64,000 bases of DNA, from NCBI GenBank assembly GCA_965205485.1, contig OZ242180.1, forward strand, positions 544,001 through 608,000, in the 5' to 3' direction. Made by a program: the position numbers and the translations under genes. Source of the stretch: Candidatus Latescibacterota bacterium (GTDB lineage: Bacteria > Latescibacterota > UBA2968 > GCA-2709665). The notes beneath the pieces are model-generated. The model worked only from the letters and a program-made list of their open reading frames with translations, made no database searches and was not told the DNA's origin. Each line of letters opens with the position of its first letter. Within the stretch, counting starts at the first letter, position 1. Shown in pieces: positions 49,787 to 59,915 of the stretch.

Positions 49787-50458
49787 ATGGCCGCTGGGGC
49801 ACTCTCGAGGATCGCGAATATCATAAAAGCGGACGTGGACGATCTGCTGAACCGGATGGAGGACCCGGAAAAAATGTCGCGCCTGATGCTGACGGAGATG
49901 GAGAACGCCGTCAACGATGCCGTTGCCGCCGTGGCCGATGCCATAGCCGGCAGACGGCTTCTCGAACGAAGGCTGAAGGCGCGGAGGGAAGATGCTGCGA
50001 CATGGGATCGGACGGCCGAACGTTCCGTCTCGCACGGCGACGACGACCTCGCTCGCATGGCGCTGGAGCGAAAGGCCGACGTCGAGGCGGAAGCCGGAGA
50101 GATCGAGAAAGCGCTGGCCGAGGCCGGGAAGGTGGCCGATCAACTCGAACGGCAATGCGCGCGTTTGAAGGTTCGTCTCAACGAAGCCAGGGCGCGCCGG
50201 AGGACCCTCGTCGCCAGAAGCCGCGCGGCGGGAAGTTGCGTTTCAGCCTCGGATACCCCAGTCCGGATTCGCGAAGAGGCGTTCGAGCGTTTCGACGCAC
50301 TCTGCCGGAAGGTCGACCATGAGGAAGCCGCTGCCGAGGCGTACGAAGAGATGGCCGGTAACGCCACGGACGCGGACGAACGGCTCGAAGAGATGGCCCG
50401 GAAGGAACGGGTCGACGCGCAGTTGCGGGAGATGAAAGAGCGGTTAGCTGATCGCTGA
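49787..50458 (+). CDS. pspA: PspA/IM30 family protein
   Basis: SRIANIIKADVDDLLNRMEDPEKM, DDDLARMALERK, coiled coil; AAGGAG RBS. Confidence 0.9.
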   Translation: MAAGALSRIANIIKADVDDLLNRMEDPEKMSRLMLTEMENAVNDAVAAVADAIAGRRLLERRLKARREDAATWDRTAERSVSHGDDDLARMALERKADVEAEAGEIEKALAEAGKVADQLERQCARLKVRLNEARARRRTLVARSRAAGSCVSASDTPVRIREEAFERFDALCRKVDHEEAAAEAYEEMAGNATDADERLEEMARKERVDAQLREMKERLADR

Positions 50459-50482
50459 CAGCTTTCTTGGGAGGACAATTCG

Positions 50483-50668
50483 ATGGCAAAATTTCTTGGA
50501 TTCTGCCTGCTGGCTGCAGGAGGGTTGGTTGCGCTGTTTCTGCTGGGCGGACTCATCGGAATTGCGCTGGGGCTGATCTGGTTCGCCATCAAGCTCGCCG
50601 TTCCGATTTTGTTGATCTACCTGGGCTACCGGCTGATTGTCCGCGACAAACATCGAATCGCGTACTAG
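50483..50668 (+). CDS. Small two-TM membrane protein downstream of pspA
   Basis: GGAGG RBS; 61 aa, almost entirely hydrophobic with a basic tail. Confidence 0.7.
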   Translation: MAKFLGFCLLAAGGLVALFLLGGLIGIALGLIWFAIKLAVPILLIYLGYRLIVRDKHRIAY

Positions 50669-50814
50669 CAGATCGGATTCGAATCACTGGATCCCGACAT
50701 TTCAGAAAACCGTTGGTAGCGATGCCGGAAATGCGTATTTTGGGCCATCGAATATCGGCGGTTTTTTTGTGCCCGTAAGTGGATTTGCCAGGTAAGCAAA
50801 TCAGGGAGACGGCA

Positions 50815-51627
50815 ATGTCCGTTGCTGAGAAAAAAAGCCCGGCAACACCGGATGACGTGGCGTTTTACCGGGAAAATGGTTTCATAAGGTATCCGGAGTT
50901 TTTTTCCGGAGACGAGGTTGCCGCGCTCGGTGAAGTCATCGACCTGGCCATCGAGACCAACCGGGAGCGGATTGTCGGCGCGCCGGGCGGCGGCCGGACG
51001 TCCGAAGCGTACGAGAAGGTCTTCAACCAGATGGTAAACCTCTGGACGGATTCACCGGACGTGACAGCCTATTCGTTCAACCACGCCCTGGCCGAGACCG
51101 CGCGGCGACTCTCGGAGTGCCGCCACGTGCGGATCTACCACGACCACGCCATGGTCAAACCCGGCGGGTCCGGCAGCCGCGCGACCAACTGGCACCAGGA
51201 TCTACCCTACTGGCCCATGGATCCGGAGGGCGCGCTATCGGCCTGGGTGGCGGTGGACGACGTGACGGTTGATAACGGGTGCCTTCACTTTGTTCCCGGC
51301 TCTCACAGGCTGGGCCCGCAGGAGCCGATCGCGCTCGGGGTGGCGGGTGAGAGCATCGTGGACAAGATGGCTGAGAAGGGGCACGCGGTGTCCGACCCCA
51401 TCGCGATGGAAATGGCCGCGGGCGGGGTAACCTTCCATCACGGCTGCAACTTCCATCACGCCGGCCCAAACCTCACGGGCAGGCCGCGGCGGGCGTTCGC
51501 CGTGATTTATATCCCCGACTACGTTCGCTTTACAGGGGGCAGGGACGCGGCCGGCGCGGCGGATGAAATGACGCCGGGGGGACCCTGGGAACATCCGCTT
51601 CATCCCATCCTCGCGGGTTCGCCGTGA
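50815..51627 (+). CDS. PhyH family dioxygenase
   Basis: WHQD, WVAVDD..NGCLHFVPGSH, HHAGPN..PRRA. Confidence 0.88.
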   Translation: MSVAEKKSPATPDDVAFYRENGFIRYPEFFSGDEVAALGEVIDLAIETNRERIVGAPGGGRTSEAYEKVFNQMVNLWTDSPDVTAYSFNHALAETARRLSECRHVRIYHDHAMVKPGGSGSRATNWHQDLPYWPMDPEGALSAWVAVDDVTVDNGCLHFVPGSHRLGPQEPIALGVAGESIVDKMAEKGHAVSDPIAMEMAAGGVTFHHGCNFHHAGPNLTGRPRRAFAVIYIPDYVRFTGGRDAAGAADEMTPGGPWEHPLHPILAGSP

Positions 51628-51670
51628 CCCAGGATTATTGGATTTCCGACCCTGAAGGGGGAATCAGCAG

Positions 51671-52453
51671 ATGCTGACTGGAGCTCAGATCACCGATTTC
51701 CACAAAAGAGGATTCCTGAACGGAGGGCGCCTGTTGGACGACGGTCAGGTCGAGACACTGCGGCGTGAACTGGCCCGGGTGATCGAGGACCGCGACCGGA
51801 CGGACGTACCGCAGCCCGTTCACCTCCGGAACCTGAACCGGGACCCGAAAACGCCCGTCTGGCAGATTGTCAATATCTGGGCTGCGAGCGATCCGTTTCG
51901 CGAACTCACTGGTATGCGAAGGGTCGTGGAGGAGGTGGCGCAGCTGACGGGTGCGGAACGGCTTCGTGTCTGGCACGATCAGATCCAGTACAAGCCGGCG
52001 GAGCGGGGCGGCGTCACCATGTGGCACCAGGATGCGCCGTTATGGCCGATACTCGCGCCGATGACGGAGGTGAGCGCCTGGGTCGCGCTGGACGACGTGG
52101 ACGAGTCGAACGGGTGTATGAGTATGGTCCCGGGGTCCCACGAGTGGGGAAATCAGATCGACTTCATACGGTCGGTCGAGAATTACGACGACATGCCCGG
52201 GGAGTGGAACGGACACCGCGTGGAAATCGTCCGGTGTCCCGTGGAAAAGGGCGAGGTGCACTACCACCACGCGCTGACCTGGCACGGATCGCACGCCAAC
52301 ACCAGCAACCGCCCGCGTCGCGCCATCGCCATCCACTACATGACCCACGAGACGCGCTACGTGGCCTCCGGACAGCACGTGATGAAACCCTTCGTGGAGG
52401 TCGAGGACGGTGCGTTGATGGAAGGCAAACACTTCCCGCAGGTCTGGCCGTAG
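51671..52453 (+). CDS. PhyH family dioxygenase
   Basis: WHQD, WVALDD..NGCMSMVPGSH, WHGSHAN..PRRA. Confidence 0.88.
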   Translation: MLTGAQITDFHKRGFLNGGRLLDDGQVETLRRELARVIEDRDRTDVPQPVHLRNLNRDPKTPVWQIVNIWAASDPFRELTGMRRVVEEVAQLTGAERLRVWHDQIQYKPAERGGVTMWHQDAPLWPILAPMTEVSAWVALDDVDESNGCMSMVPGSHEWGNQIDFIRSVENYDDMPGEWNGHRVEIVRCPVEKGEVHYHHALTWHGSHANTSNRPRRAIAIHYMTHETRYVASGQHVMKPFVEVEDGALMEGKHFPQVWP

Positions 52454-53016
52454 GTCCGCAGCACGTCAGTTTTGCGCGTTAGCCACGGTTGGACCGTAGC
52501 GCGAAATGGCATTTCGCGCAGGCAGCCCACCGGCGGGACCGCGGGGAACTCGCTGAAGCTGCCATCCCGGATCCACAGAATCCTAATAAACGTCAGACCG
52601 CAATACTGCGAGACGTCCAGCGGCGCTATTGGAGAAACGGGGTCGGGTAGGTGAGTTTTGCAGGGTTCGTTAGATCAAATGAAACGACGTTAAAAGCCCA
52701 ACGGCCGCAGTCAAGAGGACCGTTGGGCTTCTTTGCCGATATTGTCTTCTATTCAGTTTTGGAAGGAAAGAAGGGCGATCGCGGGTCCGTGCGGATTTGC
52801 GAGCGCTATACGATCTTCATGAGTCCACGCATGTGGCATTCTCGCAGATTGACGGTCAAACGTCCCTGAATCATCCGCATCCGATCCGATTAGCAGCGAT
52901 TCCTGATCGACACGGCTAAACCTACGATTCTTGAGATTTCACCGGGGCATTGGCTCGCGAAAATTGACGCTTTAGCCACAATGTCGCTTCTTTCTCTCGT
53001 AAATCCACAATCCAGG

Positions 53017-53655
53017 TTAGCGGTTCGTCCATTTAAATTGCCGACGCCTCAAATATAGCCACCAACCGATGAAAGGAACGCCAATTGCGGTCCATAACCA
53101 CTTCCAATCTAGAGGAATAAAGTGTTCCAAATTGCTTCCGTCAGTTTCAGAATCTTCAATTATCGCCAACGATTCAATCGAGATATGTTCACGTACGTTG
53201 CATCCTAATGTATCGGATAGAGCCGATGAAATGCGGACATTGCCACCTTGCAAGGATTTCACGCCGTACGCGTTGTAGACAAAAGCCTTGACGACGGTGT
53301 TCATGAATCGAATTTGGACAGCGTTGTAATTTCCCTTCCACCCAATATTGTCAAGTTGCATTGCGCTGAGTCCGATCTCCAACCGGTCTGACAGATCAAT
53401 AGCCCCCACGCGCGCATTGACGGGAAGATCGATCTTGCCCCACGCTTGTCCAAATGCGACTGTAGCGTGAGACTGATTGTAGATTGCACTATTCACAAAC
53501 AGAACGCACAGTAGAGCAACTGTGTTATTTATCCCGATCCGAGAAAGCCCTTGGGCGTTCATCCTTAATGTTTGATCCTTCGCACACATGCCATTACCTC
53601 CAAATTGGTGATTTACAACCAAAAATGTATCGTCGATCTTCAAAGATAATATCAC
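53017..53655 (-). CDS. Hypothetical low-GC protein with C-terminal TM anchor
   Basis: 212-codon ORF in AT-richer DNA, ending WKWLWTAIGVPFIGWWLYLRRR; start uncertain. Confidence 0.5.
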   Translation of the reverse strand: MILSLKIDDTFLVVNHQFGGNGMCAKDQTLRMNAQGLSRIGINNTVALLCVLFVNSAIYNQSHATVAFGQAWGKIDLPVNARVGAIDLSDRLEIGLSAMQLDNIGWKGNYNAVQIRFMNTVVKAFVYNAYGVKSLQGGNVRISSALSDTLGCNVREHISIESLAIIEDSETDGSNLEHFIPLDWKWLWTAIGVPFIGWWLYLRRRQFKWTNR

Positions 53656-54072
53656 CCTCCTCTCAAAGAAGAACCGGATCTCATTCCATCATGGCACTCG
53701 TGGTGGCGGATGCAAACCATGTGGCTTCCCGCCGAACCGCTGACTCTAATCTGAGTCTCCCGATGTCTTGTTCGCGGCTGACGGCCAGGCAGAGGATGTA
53801 TCGCTATTTGCAATAATCGGCGCATCTTGAAACGTCAATCCCAAATCCAAAAGAGTTGTTAAGTAACGCGAACTCAACAACGATGCGACTCCATCCACTT
53901 GACGGATTCGAGAGCGGTCACACCGAGTGCTAAGCTGTTCAGGGTCCACAGATTGCCGATCTTGGCCAGGTCCCGTTGCTTTCACGACGCGACGCGGTGG
54001 ATATATGGGTTTTTCGTTATTGGCCTTTCGAGCCAAGCTGAATGCAGACAGCTGAAAGCCGACAGCTTGTTT

Positions 54073-56817
54073 TTACGGCGTAAACGTCCGGGCGACTCGG
54101 AAACCCAAAGTGCTGCCCCGATCGTCTGCGGGGGTGCCCCAGCGGATGGAGGCGCGGAGAACCTGAGGGCTGCGGTACCACGAACCGCCGCGCACAATCT
54201 TACCTGAACAGTTGCCCCTATCCCACGCAGATCCGTCCGCTGGCGCTCCATTGTAGCTGTCGTTCCAGCAGTCCTGCACCCATTCCCATACGTTACCGTG
54301 CATGTCGTGAAGTCCCCAAGGGTTGGCGGGAAACGAACCCACAGGCGCCGTACTCTCATCATCCCACCGGCTGCCGCAGCCATCGCAGTTCGCCCGGTTG
54401 CTGCCGATCTCATCCCCCCAGCTATACGTCGTCGCCGTACCCGCGCGCACCGCATATTCCCATTCCGACTCGCTCGGTAAGCGGTAATCCTCCCCTGTCT
54501 GCGACGAAAGCCACTTTGCATAGGCCACCGCGTCATCCCAAGAGACATTGATAACGGGACGCCGGGCCCTGCCCCACCCTTCGTCGTCCGGCCGCTCGCG
54601 CCCAGTTGCCGCCGCGAACGCATCGTACTCCTCAAATGTCACTTCGTACTTCGACATTTCGAACGATCTTATCTGCACAGTACGCACTGGTAACTCGTTG
54701 CTGTCGCAATCCCAACCGCCGAAGCATCCCATTTGGAAACGGCCTCCTTGAATCTCCACCATCTCAGGCATCGGAATACGCGGCTTGGCTGTTTCGACGA
54801 TGATTCGCGCTTTCGATCCTGCGCCGCCACGGTGTCGCCAAACCTGCGTTTCCGCATTCTCACCTGTAACGCGGATCTCGCCGGTGTTTCCATCCGCGTA
54901 GCTGCAGTCTCCTTTAAACCCCGTCCCGTTGAGCGCGGTCAGCTCCACCGCATAGCTTTCTCCGCCACGGACCTCTAATGTTTCGCACACCCATTCGTTG
55001 TTGATTTCTCCCGAAAAAACTGTCCTCCCTTCAAAATCGACGCGGATTTCATCTCCATCTTCGCACTCGTGATCCCGGACGCACACTTCTATGCTTCCTG
55101 TACCGCCCCGGATCTTAGGTCGAAAGTCCGTGATGCCCTGATCGCCGGTCACAATCAGGCATTTGCTTAGCGTTAGATCAGCGTCATTGGTACGCGTCGA
55201 CCGTGCATCGCTATAAATGGGGCCCGCGGCTGAGGCGAATAGTTCGAGTTCCGATGCCGGCCGGACTTCAATCTCGAATCTCCCATCGGCACCCGTTGTT
55301 GCCTTAGAACTCCCCACGTAGTCTTTTCCACGGGCAGTCACCTCCGCATACTTGACCGGCTTGCCGTTCCCGTCCTGGACACACCCCTTCAAAGTGACCG
55401 TATCAAACGCGACGTCCGCATTCCACGTCGAAAAGTGCCCCACGCTTCCTGTATAGGCCCACTTTCCATCTGCGGTCTTCTCAAGCACCGCCGTGCCCTC
55501 CTCAACCCAATAGCCCGTTTCATTGGACCAGTAATACAACGGCATCGATTTGGGGGCATCCTCGGGGCGACGTCCTGAAGCCAGGGGAATCGATATCTCG
55601 GCATGCTTCCCGTCGGACAGATTTAGACGACTGCCATCTGCACTCGCAAATTCCACGTTCATCGCACCGAAGGACTCAATGGGTTCGGCCACTCCACTAT
55701 CCGCATTCCACTGTTCCAGATCGCCCGGCATCACCGACGGATCTTTCGTTGCGTCCAGCACGGTGACACTTGCGGTCGCCTCGCCCGCCGCGACGGCGCC
55801 CGTGGCAGTCACCAGCGCGTTGGCGGATAGCGATACGACCTTCTGACCGGATACCTTTATCGCGGCATTGCTTTCCGGTCGAAACCGTTGCGTGGTGTCG
55901 ACCGGTACCAGGGAAATATCGGCCGTTCTTGTCGACGCATCGGAAACGTCAAGAATAATGGATTGGGGTGCGAAGCCCCTGGCGTTCGTGTTGACAATCA
56001 ATCTGCCCGGACCGACCCGCACCTGAACGGAATACCTGCCGTCCCTGCTCGATTTGGCTTTGCCCACCTGCCTTGAGACATCACCGTGGTACTGGCTCAC
56101 GGTTATGACTGCCCCCTCAATGCTCCGGTAGGTGGAGTGGCTCTTGACGGTCCCTGACAATGCAATCCCCAGTCTGCCGTACACCATTAACCCTACGACC
56201 ACCTCATTGGATGCGACAGCGCCGTCATCATCCAAGACGGTCAGTCGAAACGTCGCCGTCCGGGTGACTTTGACGTCAGGCACGACAAAGGTGGCGGTCG
56301 CCATATCCGCGTCGGACAGATGCACGGAAGGACCGTCCATCTGCTCCCAGCGATAGATTAGGACTTTGCCATCGGGGTCGTACGCCCAACCACGCAGCGT
56401 GACTTTCTCGCCCGCGTCAGCCGTCTGCTCGGACCCCGCCCAGACCGTCGGCGGTTGGTTTGGCTTACCGACTATCGTCACGACAATTTCATCGGACGCA
56501 GTGGCATGGTCGTCGTCTACGGCAGTCAGCCGAAACGTCGCGACCTGCGTACCTTTGACTATCGGCACGACAAAAGATGCAGATGCCTCTTCGGCCTTCG
56601 CGATTGACACGGAAGGACCGTCCACCTGCTCCCAGCGATAGGACCGGACTTCGCCGTCCGGATCCGACGCACTCCCGCGCAGCAGAACCTCATTGCCAAC
56701 GTGTACAGTTTGATCGGCACCAGCATGGACCTCGGGGGGCTTGTTTGACTCACAGCCGGAAAACAGGATCGTCGCGACAAGCAACACAATGTTGCACAAT
56801 CCGGAACTTTGTTTCAT
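54073..56817 (-). CDS. Lipoprotein with two PKD/K319L-like Ig domains, carboxypeptidase-regulatory-like domains and a C-terminal FGE-sulfatase (SUMF1) domain
   Basis: Lipobox LFSGC; two copies of AG..QT..V.LRG.A.DPDG..YRWEQ.DGP; VGHFSTWNAD; RLPSESEWEYA.RAG, NPWGLHDMHGNVWEW, RGGSW, GFRVAR. Confidence 0.85.
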   Translation of the reverse strand: MKQSSGLCNIVLLVATILFSGCESNKPPEVHAGADQTVHVGNEVLLRGSASDPDGEVRSYRWEQVDGPSVSIAKAEEASASFVVPIVKGTQVATFRLTAVDDDHATASDEIVVTIVGKPNQPPTVWAGSEQTADAGEKVTLRGWAYDPDGKVLIYRWEQMDGPSVHLSDADMATATFVVPDVKVTRTATFRLTVLDDDGAVASNEVVVGLMVYGRLGIALSGTVKSHSTYRSIEGAVITVSQYHGDVSRQVGKAKSSRDGRYSVQVRVGPGRLIVNTNARGFAPQSIILDVSDASTRTADISLVPVDTTQRFRPESNAAIKVSGQKVVSLSANALVTATGAVAAGEATASVTVLDATKDPSVMPGDLEQWNADSGVAEPIESFGAMNVEFASADGSRLNLSDGKHAEISIPLASGRRPEDAPKSMPLYYWSNETGYWVEEGTAVLEKTADGKWAYTGSVGHFSTWNADVAFDTVTLKGCVQDGNGKPVKYAEVTARGKDYVGSSKATTGADGRFEIEVRPASELELFASAAGPIYSDARSTRTNDADLTLSKCLIVTGDQGITDFRPKIRGGTGSIEVCVRDHECEDGDEIRVDFEGRTVFSGEINNEWVCETLEVRGGESYAVELTALNGTGFKGDCSYADGNTGEIRVTGENAETQVWRHRGGAGSKARIIVETAKPRIPMPEMVEIQGGRFQMGCFGGWDCDSNELPVRTVQIRSFEMSKYEVTFEEYDAFAAATGRERPDDEGWGRARRPVINVSWDDAVAYAKWLSSQTGEDYRLPSESEWEYAVRAGTATTYSWGDEIGSNRANCDGCGSRWDDESTAPVGSFPANPWGLHDMHGNVWEWVQDCWNDSYNGAPADGSAWDRGNCSGKIVRGGSWYRSPQVLRASIRWGTPADDRGSTLGFRVARTFTP

Positions 56818-57482
56818 GCACGGTACCTCATCGCAGTTGCCCATCGAATTCAAGAAGGATTGTCTTCCAGGATGACCTGGGATTTACAATTCCGTCCGGC
56901 CCATGTTCCGGCGACACATAAAATCGTGTTCGTCCGTAATGGAAAGTCTTGAATTTCAAAGACATTGTCGCTTATTATTGTTTATAATATAACGAATCAA
57001 ATGTGCTAAATCTGTGATATTTACATTTTTTTTGGTGCTATTTTCGTGATATATCGACCTCATTGCAATTTTCATCGGCCTGGCGCACACATCAACCGCT
57101 GGCGAACGCCCGTTAGTGCACGATTGTCCTACTCAAAGACTTGGCGTAGATGAAGAATCTCGTGGCATAGTGTCTGACGCCGGGCGAAATTACACGGCCG
57201 TGAGAGATACTAGGAGCCGTGACGTTATCCGGCTTCTTCAGTGACATTGTGGTACCTGTTAGACTGCGGGACAACGCAGGACGTCTTCCTTCTGACGGCT
57301 TTCAAGCGTTCAACAAGGCCATATCGGTCTCACCCTCCATGTCCGCTTCAAAGGAACATTCTTGGACTGTCACGATACCAGTCTTAGAGTAAGACTTCGA
57401 CACAAGACGCGTGCCTGTATCATCTCGCCGCTCGCACACGGTATGGTGTTGGAATTCCCCCAACCGCATCAGCCATCGCCAG

Positions 57483-57539
57483 CCCTTCGACAAGCTCAGG
57501 GGACGGCTCGGCTTCTGGGACTCCCCCTCGAGGGGGAGT
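57483..57539. repeat. REP-like palindromes
   Basis: CCCTTCGACAAGCTCAGGG and the perfect palindrome ACTCCCCCTCGAGGGGGAGT in non-coding DNA. Confidence 0.5.
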
Positions 57540-58026
57540 GATTGGTCCATCAAACGGGTACCCGCGTTCCCTGCCACCCGTTTGTTTGCAGCTGAGCATT
57601 GCGAAGCCGCGTTAGGGATGGCAGAGGATGCGTCGCAATTTGCAGCGGTTTTCGTCCACGAGACGTAAGGAGCGCGGCTCCGCCGAGGACGTAAGGCAGA
57701 ATGATTGTGCGTCCTAATGTGGGCAGTCAGCAGGTTTTTCAGAAGTAACTCTCTGATCAAAAGGCCCACCGGTTTGGAAACAGCGGTTGGGCCTTACCGA
57801 GTATCGCGATTTCTGAACCCCTTGGCGTTGTTGGGAATTGCAGTTGTCTTCGGACCGGAATTCCTTGTTCCGCCAATTCGGCCGCGATGGTCCGGATCTT
57901 ATTGACCTGCCGGGGTCGAGTATGATTTCCCGATAAATTTCGCGATGCAATTGACTTTTCTCCGTGATCCCGTATCTTGTCTAAGCGGAGCCGCTCCCTT
58001 TCCCCCAGGGCCCCAGGACGTCCTGC

Positions 58027-58920
58027 ATGGCAGAATTCGATGCGATTTCCAAACACTTGATCCAAACCTATCCCGAAGACCTTGTCGGCTTTACGCTCGG
58101 GCGAGAGGACGTGGAGGTCCTCGAGGTCATTGACGCACAGCAGCCCACTGTCTCGGCAAGCCACGCCGACAGTCTCATTCGCGTCCTCATCGATGGCCAG
58201 GAGGCACTGGTCCACAACGAGTTTCAAACTGCCGACAGTACCGACCCGCCCATGCCGCGACGTATGGCCGGCTATATCGGCCGGGCCGTCGAACGCCATG
58301 GGTTACCCGTCTACTCCAATGTCATCTACCTGCGTTCCGACGCCGGACTACGGGATCCCGGTCAATATTCACAGTCACATTCAGTTTATCGTGTGCTTGT
58401 GCAGTACCGGGTAATCCGATTGAGCAAGTTGGACGGTCAACGCGTACTCGATGCGGACCAAGAGGGGCTGATCCCCTTTACGCCGTTGATGAAGCCGCCT
58501 GAAAGGATGGATTCGCGGGCGTGGTTGCTTCACTGTTTGCACACCGCTCACGCGCGTCCGATGGCGCCACCGGTGAAAGCGGATTTCCTGGCCGGGATGT
58601 CGTTGCTGAGCGGGTTGATATTCGCACCGGAAACCATATCCGATATCATTTCGAAGGAGGGCATGATGGATCTCTTACGTGAATCATCCTTTGCCCAATA
58701 CCTCACCCGACAGGGCATTGAGCAAGGGATCGAACAAGGGCTCCGTGATAGCATCCTCGCCGTACTGGAGGTCCGATTCGATCTCCCTACGTCGCATCCA
58801 TACGCCGCGCGGGTAGGGAACGTCGACGACGCGAAGCGTCTCAAGGCGTTGCACCGCGCCGCGGTTCAGGTATCCGATCTCGACGCGTTCGGTCAAGTGT
58901 TGGATGAAGAACCGGGATGA
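58027..58920 (+). CDS. Rpn/YhgA-like PD-(D/E)xK nuclease (putative transposase family)
   Basis: FDAISKHL, HADSL, VHNEFQT, MPRRMAGY, LRESSF, QGIEQGIEQG; promoter-like TTGACT-16-TATCTT upstream. Confidence 0.8.
   Translation: MAEFDAISKHLIQTYPEDLVGFTLGREDVEVLEVIDAQQPTVSASHADSLIRVLIDGQEALVHNEFQTADSTDPPMPRRMAGYIGRAVERHGLPVYSNVIYLRSDAGLRDPGQYSQSHSVYRVLVQYRVIRLSKLDGQRVLDADQEGLIPFTPLMKPPERMDSRAWLLHCLHTAHARPMAPPVKADFLAGMSLLSGLIFAPETISDIISKEGMMDLLRESSFAQYLTRQGIEQGIEQGLRDSILAVLEVRFDLPTSHPYAARVGNVDDAKRLKALHRAAVQVSDLDAFGQVLDEEPG
58666..58920 (+). CDS. Putative internally initiated small Rpn C-terminal protein (RpnS-like antitoxin)
   Basis: AAGGAGG at 58654-58660 followed by in-frame ATG ATG (58663, 58666). 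Confidence 0.55.
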   Translation: MDLLRESSFAQYLTRQGIEQGIEQGLRDSILAVLEVRFDLPTSHPYAARVGNVDDAKRLKALHRAAVQVSDLDAFGQVLDEEPG

Positions 58921-59133
58921 ACTCCATCCCCTGAATTCTGGTTGTTTGTTACGAAAAAACAGGACAACGCACGCTACAGGTTTGTTGTCCTGTTCTGATT
59001 TTGGAAGTGAAAAGCCCAACGGTTGTGTGACGCCGTTGGGCTCCTTTTTGTATCTTGATTGTTTTATCGTATTTGCGAGGAGTCAGGACGATCCCGCTCC
59101 CTACGGGCTCGCTATAGGCTTCGCAGAATCTGA

Positions 59134-59523
59134 TCAGCCGATTTGTCCCGGCCGAAAGGTCGTCAATTCGAGTTCGTTGATTGCGCTGTAGTGTTTTCTG
59201 TTTGCCGTGCAGAGTGTCTGGTGATGTTCGACGACGGTTGCCGCGATCAGGGCATCCGCGAGGGAAAGCGCCGTCTTGAGGGTATATTCTTCCATGTATA
59301 CGGATGCTCTATGTCCGACGTTTTCCGTGAGCGGCAACATCTGAAAGGCGTGATCATTCAGGAAGGACTTGATTTCCCTTAATTCCTGCCTGTTCCGCGC
59401 ACCCTGGATCAGTTCCGCGTACGTAACGAGCGATATCCGGCGGTCATGGTGCCTTTCGACAAGTTGCGCTGCCCCTTCATGGCCCCTGAAGACCCGGATT
59501 AGAACATCGGTATCAAAGATCAT
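59134..59523 (-). CDS. vapC: VapC family PIN-domain toxin
   Basis: IFDTDVLI, YAELIQGARN, ADALIAAT, TANRKHY. Confidence 0.9.
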   Translation of the reverse strand: MIFDTDVLIRVFRGHEGAAQLVERHHDRRISLVTYAELIQGARNRQELREIKSFLNDHAFQMLPLTENVGHRASVYMEEYTLKTALSLADALIAATVVEHHQTLCTANRKHYSAINELELTTFRPGQIG

Positions 59524-59758
59524 CCAGGCGGCCCTTTCTCAAATTCCGGACGTAAGCGTCCACGTCCGCCATATCTGTCCTGTCCCGCCACATCCCGAAG
59601 GCTGAATGGTCCGCTACTGATTTTTCCGTTCGCCGCCGGCTGGGCGACAGGATGGCCTTCTCCTTGCCACGATAGTAGATGGTGACTGACTCGCTGCGAT
59701 CCAGCGCGAGCAAGACGTCTTTCATGCGTCGTCTCAGGTCCAGTATTGTCGCCTTCAT
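59513..59758 (-). CDS. Type II antitoxin, Phd/YefM-like
   Basis: LDLRRRMKDVL..ESVTIYYRGKEKAIL, AFGMWRDR..VDAYVRNLR; AGGAGG RBS; overlaps vapC. Confidence 0.8.
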   Translation of the reverse strand: MKATILDLRRRMKDVLLALDRSESVTIYYRGKEKAILSPSRRRTEKSVADHSAFGMWRDRTDMADVDAYVRNLRKGRLDDL

Positions 59759-59765
59759 GACGCCT

Positions 59766-59800
59766 CCTTAAAGTGCACACTTAATATGTGCACTTTAAGG
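59766..59800. promoter_or_regulatory. TA operator palindrome over the promoter/RBS
   Basis: Perfect 14-bp inverted repeat CCTTAAAGTGCACA-N7-TGTGCACTTTAAGG; minus-strand TTGACA at 59807-59812. Confidence 0.75.
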
Positions 59801-59915
59801 ATCGAATGTCAAGCCCGAATACGATCGCGGAACGGCGTGGAATATGACTGGACGTGATTGAAACCTCGAGGCTTCAATCCTGCCTATCCTGTCCATCCAT
59901 GTAGGTTGATTCGGT

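Noticed and set aside
52460..53000. tRNA/tmRNA integration site or integrase remnant at the island edge
   Set aside because: No cloverleaf, T-loop/CCA end or recombinase motif could be identified by eye.
54073..54200. FGE-sulfatase C-terminus as a diversity-generating retroelement variable repeat
   Set aside because: No template repeat differing at adenines and no reverse transcriptase seen in the window; a remote DGR cannot be excluded without a genome search.
57100..57950. ORFs in the region before rpn
   Set aside because: No motifs or coding-like bias; they run through REP palindromes.
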